Origin: an uncultured Rikenellaceae bacterium
GTDB taxonomy: Bacteria > Bacteroidota > Bacteroidia > Bacteroidales > VadinHA17
Assembly: GCA_964611835.1 (NCBI GenBank)
Contig: CAZTDW010000001.1
Span: forward strand, 14,033-78,032
Direction of reading: 5' to 3'
DNA length: 64,000 bases
The translations under genes were made by a program, and so were the position numbers. Below, piece by piece: positions 47,641 to 55,570 of this stretch (within the stretch, counting starts at the first letter, position 1; each line of letters starts with the position of its first letter). Under the pieces are notes generated by a model. The model ran no database searches, was not told the DNA's origin, and saw only the letters and a program-made list of their open reading frames with translations.

Positions 47641-47800
47641 GAAGAGGCTGTATCAAAAGACCTTTGGGTAACTTTGTGTTACCCTTTGAGGACCTTTGTG
47701 GTTAAGCCTAAGTCGCTGAACCACAAAGTATCACAAAGGCAGGCACAAAGTCCGCAAAGGTTAGAAAACCAATAAGAAGGACTTTTGATACAGCCTCTTC
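47641..47800. repeat. 160-bp palindromic element: 19-bp perfect terminal inverted repeats enclosing 4 x CTTTG(G/T/A)G and 4 x (C/G)CAAAG arms
   Basis: GAAGAGGCTGTATCAAAAG (47641-59) is the exact reverse complement of CTTTTGATACAGCCTCTTC (47782-800). The inner left arm is CTTTGGGTAACTTTGTGTTACCCTTTGAGGACCTTTGTGG. The inner right arm is CCACAAAGTATCACAAAGGCAGGCACAAAGTCCGCAAAGG. It lies between convergent genes. Confidence 0.8.
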
Positions 47801-47874
47801 TGATTGTAACTATAACAAAGGTGGTTTCTATTTTGAATCTATCATTATTTCAGGAATTGGGTTAAAGGCACACT

Positions 47875-49806
47875 TCAACTAACAGAACCAATTGCATAAA
47901 CCTTCTTTGCCCTGACCTTTATAAAATCGTTTATTTCATGTTCAACGTTTTTATTCCGGCTGAGCCGGTTTCGGCCGATATCGGCCACGGCACGCAGTAA
48001 TTCGTCTATGTCTTCCTTTGTGTTGCCTATTCCAAGACTTACCCTTGCCAGCCCGGGGAATTTGATAACAGGGAACAGAATGGCCATCAGATGCTGGAAC
48101 CGTTCCAGAAACGGACCTACGCCGACCAGATGCTTGATCAGTATATGTGCACAATGACAACCATATCTGATCCCTATACCCCTTCTTATGGCAAGCTCTT
48201 TTGCAATCTTGTCGGCAAAAATGCCATTGAGGCTGAATACTATCACACCACCTTTATGATCAAACTGCGGCGATTGCGGATCAGTAAATCCGTACAGCTG
48301 AATACCCTTTATTTCAGACAATCCCTGAATTGTTTTGGCTGTAAGGATCCTTTCCTCCTCCCGGATAAGATCAAGGCCGACCCTCAGCAAAAGTACCATT
48401 GCTTTTCCTAGTGCAGCAATACCTGCAACATTTTCCTCACCTGACTGACTTTTTTGTTTAAGCTCGTCAAAGCTGAAATTAAGTAACCCTTTTTTCGCAA
48501 CGAGCACTCCGGTTCCAAAAGGGGCATAAACCTTATGACCTGAGAAGGCAAGAAAATCAATTCCCCAGCGATCCATTTCAGTTCTGCGATGGGCTACCAG
48601 CTGTGCTGCGTCAACCAACAGCTGTGCCCCGTACTTGTGCGCTAAACGGCTTATCCCTTCCAGATCATTGAATACACCGAGCACATTTGAAGCACCACTG
48701 ACTGCCACAAGCCTTATGCGTTTTTTACCGTGCTGATTAAGCTGATTATATGAATTCAGTAAAGAGTCCAGTTCATTAAGATCGATCAAACCATCCGGAC
48801 TGATCTGCATCCTTAAAAGCGTGCTTCCTGATAACATTCTCCAGGGAAGATCATTCGAGTTATGTTCAAGCATTGTGTTCAGCACAACTGTTTCATCCTC
48901 CTTCACTTGATCCAGACTTTCAGCTACCAGGTTTATTGCTTCGGTTGTATTGGATAAAAATATGACCTCATGGTCATTTCTGCCGGCTCCGACCAGTTCA
49001 AGACAAATAGATTTTACTTCCTTAATGATCTCTTTATGAATCCTTTCTTCCTGCCTCCACACCTGGCATACAGCTTTCCAGACGGGAGCAAGCGCCTGTG
49101 TGCTGGCGCCATTGTCCAGATTAATATATTGTTTGATTCCTTCCATTGTCGGAACCCTTGTATTTAGACCAATAAGGGTTTGCCTGAGCTTTTCAAGCAA
49201 ATCCTTACCTGAGAATTTATCGAATTCGTCACGATATAAAATATCAAACGACGAAAGTTCAGTTGTTTTACCGTCATCCGGCCTGTCTGTGTCATTGCGT
49301 TTTATAAGCTGCAGTGCACGGGTAAAAGCTATGATATTGATTATCGCCGGAGTCCCTGCCTCAAACTTTTCGGGAGCTTTAGCCCATACAATCCATTTTG
49401 GTGCAATCAATCTGGTAGTTCCTCCTCCGGCCTGAAAGGGAATTCCTCCGGGCAGTGCCTTTCTTTCAACAGCAAGCACATCAACACCAAGAGGTAATCC
49501 TATATCGCGGCTTGATAATAAATGATAACTGTCTTTTTTCAGTTTGGATGCAAAAATCTTTGCCCTATCCGGACTGCAAAAAATTACCACATATTTATTT
49601 TTATCAAGCTCCAGATAATTCAGTATGATTTCCCTGGCCTGTTCAAATAGATGTGTGGTGACCATAGAAAAATGGCCGCTACCCCGATGGACATTGGAAT
49701 AAGTCTCAAGTGTTGCATAAACAGCATCCTCGAGGTGATCAAAGAAATTTACCCTATTACTGACCGTTTCATCCGGATAAGTTTCAGGATTTTTTGACAG
49801 ACCCAT
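47875..49806 (-). CDS. Aminotransferase class V-fold PLP-dependent enzyme (cysteine-desulfurase-like), unusually long
   Basis: The 643-aa ORF has a PLP-lysine motif AFSGHKVYAPFGTGVLV in the C-terminal module. The N-terminal roughly 200 aa carry a second set of class-V-like blocks (SNVHRGSGHFS, FEAGTPAI). Confidence 0.75.
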   Translation of the reverse strand: MGLSKNPETYPDETVSNRVNFFDHLEDAVYATLETYSNVHRGSGHFSMVTTHLFEQAREIILNYLELDKNKYVVIFCSPDRAKIFASKLKKDSYHLLSSRDIGLPLGVDVLAVERKALPGGIPFQAGGGTTRLIAPKWIVWAKAPEKFEAGTPAIINIIAFTRALQLIKRNDTDRPDDGKTTELSSFDILYRDEFDKFSGKDLLEKLRQTLIGLNTRVPTMEGIKQYINLDNGASTQALAPVWKAVCQVWRQEERIHKEIIKEVKSICLELVGAGRNDHEVIFLSNTTEAINLVAESLDQVKEDETVVLNTMLEHNSNDLPWRMLSGSTLLRMQISPDGLIDLNELDSLLNSYNQLNQHGKKRIRLVAVSGASNVLGVFNDLEGISRLAHKYGAQLLVDAAQLVAHRRTEMDRWGIDFLAFSGHKVYAPFGTGVLVAKKGLLNFSFDELKQKSQSGEENVAGIAALGKAMVLLLRVGLDLIREEERILTAKTIQGLSEIKGIQLYGFTDPQSPQFDHKGGVIVFSLNGIFADKIAKELAIRRGIGIRYGCHCAHILIKHLVGVGPFLERFQHLMAILFPVIKFPGLARVSLGIGNTKEDIDELLRAVADIGRNRLSRNKNVEHEINDFIKVRAKKVYAIGSVS

Positions 49807-49916
49807 TTTTTATGTTTTTATTTATACAGGATCCGACTAAATTAATTGATTTTTAGCTAAAACAATTATTTTGCAGATATTGAAATATATGTCGCTCCAA
49901 CGGGGCTCATAAAAAT

Positions 49917-50846
49917 TCAGCTTCCGCTGTTTAACAGCTGCAGCAGCTCATCAAGCTTCGGAGAGAGTATAATCTCAGTCCTTCTGTTCCTTGCCCTGCC
50001 TTCCGGGGTATCGTTTGTTGCCTTTGGTAAGAACTCCCCCTTGCCGGAGGCAGTTAACCTCGTCGGAGCTATTTTGTGATCGACGGTTATTATCCTTACG
50101 ATAGACGTTGCACGGGCTACACTCAGATCCCAGTTGTCCTTGTAAACGGCAGTTTTTATCGGCACATTGTCCGTATGCCCTTCGACAAGGATATCTATAT
50201 CGGGATTCTTGTCAAGTACCCCGGCAAGCAGCTTCAGGGCTTCCCTGCCCTTATCCTCAACTGCCGCACTGCCTGATTTGAACAATAATTTGTCGGACAT
50301 TGACACATATACCTTGCCGTTCTTTATATCGACCGACAGTTCATCGGAATTAAAACCCAGAAGGGCATTTCTCAGAGTGCTGTTCAGCCTTTTGTTTATC
50401 TCATCCTGACGATCAATGATCTTCTTCATCTCGTCAAGAGTCTTCTCCCTCTCGGAAAGAAGCTTTTCCTTTGCATTCAGCTCATCTGACTTATCCCGTA
50501 GAGCCCTGTTAAGCTTGTCAGTCTGAGAGAGGTTTTCATTGATCAGGTTTTCATACCTGGCCTGCAGTTCCTGGTTCCTCCCGGAGAGAGCATTGTGTGC
50601 TTCATTAAGGTCTTTGTGCTCTGCTGAAAGTTGGCTGAGATCATTCTTTAAAGTTGCAATTTCTTTTTCCTTTGTGTCAATCATCAGGCATAAGGCGTCC
50701 CTTTCATTGACTACCGTTTTCAGGTTTTTACTCCAGGTGATGGGCTTTTGGGCTGGCCTTGCCTCTCCGCACCGGTAAACCGGAGCACAGGCATTGGCAA
50801 ACATTACCAGGATAAAAATAAAAATGGGGTAAACTGGTTTTGTCAT
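49917..50846 (-). CDS. OmpA/MotB-domain protein with coiled-coil region
   Basis: The 309-aa ORF has a signal peptide, a long heptad-rich segment and a C-terminal VEGHTDNVPI...NWDLSVARA...NRRTEIIL. Confidence 0.85.
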   Translation of the reverse strand: MTKPVYPIFIFILVMFANACAPVYRCGEARPAQKPITWSKNLKTVVNERDALCLMIDTKEKEIATLKNDLSQLSAEHKDLNEAHNALSGRNQELQARYENLINENLSQTDKLNRALRDKSDELNAKEKLLSEREKTLDEMKKIIDRQDEINKRLNSTLRNALLGFNSDELSVDIKNGKVYVSMSDKLLFKSGSAAVEDKGREALKLLAGVLDKNPDIDILVEGHTDNVPIKTAVYKDNWDLSVARATSIVRIITVDHKIAPTRLTASGKGEFLPKATNDTPEGRARNRRTEIILSPKLDELLQLLNSGS

Positions 50847-50960
50847 AATTTCCTGTTTTATTGGTTTCTATTATATAAACGTTATAAAAGCAGGATAATT
50901 ACTTATCAGTCTGATATCAGCGGATCAGAATGGACTGAAACTGGATTGAACCTGAGTGGT

Positions 50961-51069
50961 TTTCCCGCAGATAGCGCAGATTTACGCAGATAATGATAAT
51001 ACCAAAAACCAAAAAATTGTATGTATGTATTTCCCGCAGTTAACGAAGATTTACGCAGAAGTTAATAAA
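50961..51069. repeat. Two 40-nt direct repeats, each containing three phased CGCAGA-type units
   Basis: The first copy is TTTCCCGCAGATAGCGCAGATTTACGCAGATAATGATAAT (50961-51000). The second is TTTCCCGCAGTTAACGAAGATTTACGCAGAAGTTAATAAA (51030-51069). They are identical at 32 of 40 positions by my count. Confidence 0.7.
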
Positions 51070-51126
51070 GTAAGGGCCAGCATATTTGAATTGAAAGAGG
51101 TCTGCCCCTGATCAGGTGGTATCCTT

Positions 51127-52479
51127 TTACTTTACAAGTACCTCTGTTGTACCTTTATCCAGGTCAAAACAAATTACAGAACCTGATTTATCAGCAAACC
51201 AGGTATTTGATTTAAGCAAAGAAGGATCTTTTATCCTTGCCAGGGGAATGATTTCAGACTTTGGATTTTTAACTGAGACTGACCTGGCAGCTGAATCTGT
51301 TCTGACAGTAAATCCCGGAGCCGAAAACGGAGCTTTCAGGATCACTTTGCTTTTCTCTGCTTTAATTGTTGTCAGTTCCCTTGCTGCCCAGTAGCGGGCA
51401 ATTTCGCTAAGCTTCATCCATCTGAGATTGGTGTATTTCTGATCCAGCCTTCTTTTGACCTCTTTAAGGATATTGAAACCTGCCTTTTCGCCATTAAAGT
51501 AAATCCCCGGCCAGTGGCAGACCATAACCGCCGGTTCTCCGCGGTTAATTACATCGATAAGTCTGCCCGACTGCAGGTCCTCACTTATCATCAGGCCTGC
51601 ATCTCCTTTATTTAGTCCGTCCCAGTCTCCGAACCAGTCCTCGGTGCACCCGATGATTGAAACGACGCATTCCGGATCATTACCGTCGAGGCCTGAAGGA
51701 TATAGCACCCTTGGGGCCACGCTTTTTTCTTTTTCGGTGAAAAGGTCTCTGAAGTAATGGGGTATCTCAGCTCCATATACATCCTTTACTGCATCCAGGG
51801 TGCCACGGGCAAGATTATCCTGGTTGCGGCTTCCGTATCCTCCCGGTGTGGTGATGCCTTCACATGGCAGTCCGGCCTCTTTCAGGACGGCAAGGGCATA
51901 AGCCTGGTAAGCGGCCAGTTCGTCGGCGCTCTTGTTCTGGCTCCATTCCCAGTTCTCCATAAACTCAGGCACGGGATAGGGGTAAGGCCTGCCTGTTTTA
52001 ATATCTATGACCCTGGTATGACTCACCATTTCGGGGTGAATATCCCAGTTCGGAATAATGATCTCCCTTACAAGGTTGAGGCTCTCTTCAAGTTCTTTTT
52101 TTGTCCAGCCCGGTATGAACCTGTTCACCCACCCGGTGCAGGCCGGATAAGGAACTATGCTGTACTTTCCTTTTACACCGTTTTCAATGCTCCATTCACC
52201 GAATTCCCTTACAAAACTGTCGGGGATCTCCCTTGGCAGCTTCCTCCAGTCCTGTTTATACTGTGAAGGGAATACCTCACCGAACTGGGGTATTCCGAAA
52301 TGTGCCATATTAACCAGGCAGGTCGAATCGTCTATTATCAGGCTCACAGGTACCCTGTTGAAAGGATTAAGCACTTCAACCTTAACCGGACGCGAGCCAG
52401 GCATGCCATAGGTACCGGTGGCAAGAGCCATGCCCCCAAGTCCGGCACTTTTTACGAACATTCTTCTGGAGTATTTCAA
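51127..52479 (-). CDS. Hypothetical protein with twin-arginine (TAT) signal
   Basis: The 450-aa ORF has a TTG start. Its N-terminus KYSRRMFVKSAGLGGMALATG fits the SRRxFxK TAT motif. I did not recognise the family. Confidence 0.6.
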   Translation of the reverse strand: MKYSRRMFVKSAGLGGMALATGTYGMPGSRPVKVEVLNPFNRVPVSLIIDDSTCLVNMAHFGIPQFGEVFPSQYKQDWRKLPREIPDSFVREFGEWSIENGVKGKYSIVPYPACTGWVNRFIPGWTKKELEESLNLVREIIIPNWDIHPEMVSHTRVIDIKTGRPYPYPVPEFMENWEWSQNKSADELAAYQAYALAVLKEAGLPCEGITTPGGYGSRNQDNLARGTLDAVKDVYGAEIPHYFRDLFTEKEKSVAPRVLYPSGLDGNDPECVVSIIGCTEDWFGDWDGLNKGDAGLMISEDLQSGRLIDVINRGEPAVMVCHWPGIYFNGEKAGFNILKEVKRRLDQKYTNLRWMKLSEIARYWAARELTTIKAEKSKVILKAPFSAPGFTVRTDSAARSVSVKNPKSEIIPLARIKDPSLLKSNTWFADKSGSVICFDLDKGTTEVLVK

Positions 52480-52567
52480 GGTTACTGGTCTTTTAAATTC
52501 TAAATAAAGATATTAAATAGAATCTATCCCTGAACCTATATGTGATTTTCAGTTGCACTGAGGAGCA

Positions 52568-52633
52568 CCGGAAATAAAAAAGTCGCACATAGTAAATAAT
52601 AATCACTCTGTGCGACTTTGTGAATTTCCCCGG
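52568..52633. repeat. Intergenic extended hairpin / imperfect palindrome
   Basis: AGTCGCACA (52581-89) and TGTGCGACT (52609-17) form a perfect 9-bp stem. CCGGAAAT (52568-75) and ATTTCCCCGG (52624-33) extend it with a 2-nt bulge. The element contains a CTTTGTG unit (52616-22). Confidence 0.55.
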
Positions 52634-52680
52634 CCCTCTGGGTGCAGGCTCTCAAAAAACCGGATAAGTATCCATAGAGA

Positions 52681-53067
52681 TTATTTTTTAACTGTTTTTT
52701 CGTAATTATCGCAAACGCCGTTCTTATCAGAATCAACATAAAACCTGCCGCCGGGGGCCTGACCTCTGCCCTGTCCCGGGCCTAGTCCGCGTCCCTGTCC
52801 CGGCCCCAAACCGCGTCCCTGACCGGGCTGCAGCCCGCGCCTGTTACCGGGTCCGGTTGCGTTCATCATCCTGCGCCCTCCGTTCCTGTAATAATTGCCT
52901 GGTCTTTCGAAATTATCGCAAACCCCGTTATTATTGGAATCAATATAAGCGCCTCTGTTCACAGATGCATTGCTTTGCTGCGCCTGACCTGACTGTGTAT
53001 TCTGTGCATTCACTAATGCAGCCAATACAAAAAATGCCAGAATTGTGATTAGAAGTTTTGTTTTCAT
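52681..53067 (-). CDS. Small secreted protein: two EF-hand-like loops flanking a (GRGLGPGQ)n Gly/Arg repeat
   Basis: The 128-aa ORF has a signal peptide ending in ALVNAQ. DSNNNGVCDNFE (residues 43-54) and DSDKNGVCDNYE (residues 112-123) both fit D-x-[DN]-x-[DN]-G-x-x-D-x-x-E. The repeat RGLQPGQGRGLGPGQGRGLGPGQGRG is at residues 77-102. Confidence 0.7.
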   Translation of the reverse strand: MKTKLLITILAFFVLAALVNAQNTQSGQAQQSNASVNRGAYIDSNNNGVCDNFERPGNYYRNGGRRMMNATGPGNRRGLQPGQGRGLGPGQGRGLGPGQGRGQAPGGRFYVDSDKNGVCDNYEKTVKK

Positions 53068-53090
53068 TTTTAAAAATTTAAGATTAAGAA

Positions 53091-53663
53091 TTATTTATTA
53101 TTAAATTGTCTTCCCCTGCCTCTTCCCTGTTGTAATCCCCTGCCATATTGACCCATGCCGCGTTCATTGATAAACATTGCCCCGAACATTTCATCAAGTT
53201 TTTCTTTCTGCTTTGCATCGCATATACTACTTACCTCAATATAGTAACGGTAGGTAACTTTTTTAAGGTCGGAGTGCATAAGACCGATTGAATCGGCAAA
53301 TGAGTCGAGTTTTTCACGATCAGGATTCTTTTCTGACATTTCAGAGAACATGCTTTGCCTCAGCCGGTTCAGATCATTATTTATATTCCAGACCTGTTCC
53401 CTGAATTCCGGATTGATCTGCCCGAATCTTTCCATCTGCTCTTCGTCAAGATCCAACTCATCACTGAAGTATCCACCGCTGTATCTGAACGATGCTGTCT
53501 GTAACTGATTTCTGCCGGTATCTCTTACAGTTATTTCCTTTTCGCTGCGTTTCCGGTTATAAATTACCGTTGCTACAGTTGCAATATTCATAACCGCCAG
53601 CAGTGCGATTATCCAGATCAACCAGCTTTGTCTTTTTTCCGGTTTCATAGGTCCTGCTGTCAT
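53091..53663 (-). CDS. Spy/CpxP/ZraP-like periplasmic protein with N-terminal membrane anchor
   Basis: The 190-aa ORF has one TM helix, then a helical region with LDEEQMERF...NPEFREQ...LRQSMF typical of the CpxP-like family. The C-terminal tail is Gly/Arg-rich. Confidence 0.5.
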   Translation of the reverse strand: MTAGPMKPEKRQSWLIWIIALLAVMNIATVATVIYNRKRSEKEITVRDTGRNQLQTASFRYSGGYFSDELDLDEEQMERFGQINPEFREQVWNINNDLNRLRQSMFSEMSEKNPDREKLDSFADSIGLMHSDLKKVTYRYYIEVSSICDAKQKEKLDEMFGAMFINERGMGQYGRGLQQGRGRGRQFNNK

Positions 53664-54085
53664 TCGTTTGAGAATAGATCAATGTTCTCAAGGCTTGCAT
53701 CATTGATAAGGGCAAATTCCGCCGGTATTGTCATGATTTTTTCTGAAGATCCGGAAAGATTACCAAGCATTACCCCGATAAAAATAGCTGCTGCCATTGA
53801 TATTGTTACCAGGGCAGGTTTGAGAATGCGCCTGACAAAAAAGTCGGGCGATTTTTCCTGTTCATTCAGGTTCTGAAGATGAGCCCTGATCCTGGTCGCA
53901 AGATACGGATCGGGATTGATAACCTTTTCCCAGTCGATTACTTTATCAATTAAATCCTGTACTCTGTAAATGCCTGCACATGATTTACATTCTTCAAGAT
54001 GGTTTATGATCTGCGTCATCAGACCGGAGGGCAGTTTTCCATCCTGAAAGGAATCAATTTCCCGTTTACATTGCTGGCAGTTCAT
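53660..54085 (-). CDS. Anti-sigma factor (zf-HC2 type) with one TM helix
   Basis: The 141-aa ORF has an N-terminal CQQC...HLEECKSC zinc-finger pattern and a C-terminal TM segment. It overlaps the downstream gene by 4 nt. Confidence 0.7.
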   Translation of the reverse strand: MNCQQCKREIDSFQDGKLPSGLMTQIINHLEECKSCAGIYRVQDLIDKVIDWEKVINPDPYLATRIRAHLQNLNEQEKSPDFFVRRILKPALVTISMAAAIFIGVMLGNLSGSSEKIMTIPAEFALINDASLENIDLFSNE

Positions 54086-54136
54086 TTTCTGATTTTTATT
54101 ATTAGAAACAAAACCTGTGATTTTCCTTCGCTCCTG

Positions 54137-54709
54137 TTAATGATTTTTTTTGATCCGGCCCGATATTATTTCCCTGAGATTCTTTTTTGCACGCTGCAGC
54201 AAGGATTCCACAGCTCCTTCACTTGTTTTCATTATTTCAGCTATTTCTCTCTGGGGAAGGTCGTCATATTTGCTAAGCACAATGGCGATCCGTTGATTTT
54301 CAGGCAGGCTGTCGAGTGCTTTTCTTACCAACTCGGCATTTTCATTCTGTATCATTATGTCCTCAGGATCTGTTGAATCAATAGCTGACAGGAATATTTC
54401 CCTGTCAGCCTCCGGGGTGTTTTCAAAAAGCCTGAAAATCTTTTGTAGAGGAGATTTTCGTGTTTTATTAAGGCATGCATTGAGGGTTATTCTGTAGAGC
54501 CAGGTTGAAAAGGCGGATTCACTTTTAAATCCTGCCAATGACAGGTATGCCTGAATAAAAATTTCCTGTGTCAGATCGTCGGCTTCATCCTTGTCATGCA
54601 AAAAACCCATAGCCGTCCTGAACACTGATTGCTGATAACGTTCTACAAGAAGCCGGAATGCATCTTTGTTTCCTTCGAGGATGTCTTTTATTATTTCATT
54701 ATCAGTCAT
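54137..54709 (-). CDS. ECF-type RNA polymerase sigma-70 factor
   Basis: The 190-aa ORF has region 2 (DDLTQEIFIQAY) and a region 4 HTH (LPQREIAEIMKTSEGAVESLLQRAKKNL). Confidence 0.9.
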   Translation of the reverse strand: MTDNEIIKDILEGNKDAFRLLVERYQQSVFRTAMGFLHDKDEADDLTQEIFIQAYLSLAGFKSESAFSTWLYRITLNACLNKTRKSPLQKIFRLFENTPEADREIFLSAIDSTDPEDIMIQNENAELVRKALDSLPENQRIAIVLSKYDDLPQREIAEIMKTSEGAVESLLQRAKKNLREIISGRIKKNH

Positions 54710-54817
54710 GCTTAATTTTTACATATAATTTTATTACCCGTACTTCAGGATGCCTTTTTTTGATTCAGCCGGTGGACGGATTATAAATTCACAGGCAGCG
54801 TAAAATAGCGGTGCAGT

Positions 54818-55222
54818 TCAGTTCAGCTTAATAAGCTCACTTTCGCCAAAGGCGGTGCAATCCTCGCATTTGTAGTGGTTTTCCAGGCCCTGAATGAGTT
54901 TATAGCATTTCCTGCACCTGTACCAGTCTTTGTCAAGAAGGTAGTTGCCACCTTCAATGTTGACAGCTTTTCCTTCCACAAATGATTTAGCAATTACCCT
55001 GAGTGCCCTGTTGTATATACGAGTGAATGTGGGCCGCGAGATATTCATCTGCTTTGCAGCGACATCCTGGGGAAGCATTTCATAGTTTACGAGCCTCAGA
55101 CTCTCGTATTCCTCAAATTTCAATCTCACCGATTCCTTTACGCACGACTGCATTCCAAAGGGACGGAAACCCTTCATTTTCGGAGGATTGATAATCTTTC
55201 TTGCTTTACGCGGACGGGCCAT
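54818..55222 (-). CDS. DUF134 (UPF0251) putative DNA-binding protein with C-terminal CX2C-X12-CX2C zinc-ribbon
   Basis: The 134-aa ORF has the DUF134 signature MARPRKARKIINPPKMKGFRPFG...EEYESLRLVNYE...ISRPTFTRIY. The tail is CRKCYKLIQGLENHYKCEDC. Confidence 0.8.
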   Translation of the reverse strand: MARPRKARKIINPPKMKGFRPFGMQSCVKESVRLKFEEYESLRLVNYEMLPQDVAAKQMNISRPTFTRIYNRALRVIAKSFVEGKAVNIEGGNYLLDKDWYRCRKCYKLIQGLENHYKCEDCTAFGESELIKLN

Positions 55223-55451
55223 TTTTTTTTGAATTGAAGAAAGCTTTAATATCGGGATAAATAAGATATCCGAAAAAGAGTGCCGACAAAGCTAAGATTA
55301 TTTTCCCGGCAAGGCAGAAAGGACCGCAATAGAATTCGTCACCCAGTCCGAAAAGGCAGGTTGTGCAGCCGAGCAATGCCATCAGAATGTAATCAACCAG
55401 CAAAATCAGGGGAAGCACCAGGAACACTTTTAATAAAAGAGATGCCTTCAT
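55206..55451 (-). CDS. Small Cys-rich membrane protein
   Basis: The 81-aa ORF has two or three hydrophobic helices and a GCTTCLFGLGDEFYCGPFC segment. It overlaps the DUF134 gene by 17 nt. Confidence 0.5.
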   Translation of the reverse strand: MKASLLLKVFLVLPLILLVDYILMALLGCTTCLFGLGDEFYCGPFCLAGKIILALSALFFGYLIYPDIKAFFNSKKNGPSA

Positions 55452-55570
55452 AACTTATGTTTTTTGTAAATATAATGAACCTGCGTTCAAAATACAAATA
55501 AAAGTCATGTAAAGCATTCAGGTGATGATCATGACCCGGTATTTTTCAGTTTTTTTGATTTCCCTCCTCA

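Noticed and set aside
47701-47707. Integron attC interpretation of the palindromic elements (GTTAAGC matches the GTTRRRY core)
   Set aside because: The core-like heptamer sits at the centre of the palindrome, not at its 3' boundary, and no inverse core lies at the 5' end. No integrase gene is present. The flanking genes are long, of mixed orientation and have their own promoters, which is not cassette-like.
52536-52739. A 67-aa minus-strand ORF from the ORF track
   Set aside because: It spans the palindromic element at 52554-52646 and runs into the 3' end of the real Gly/Arg-repeat gene in another frame. The translation has no features.
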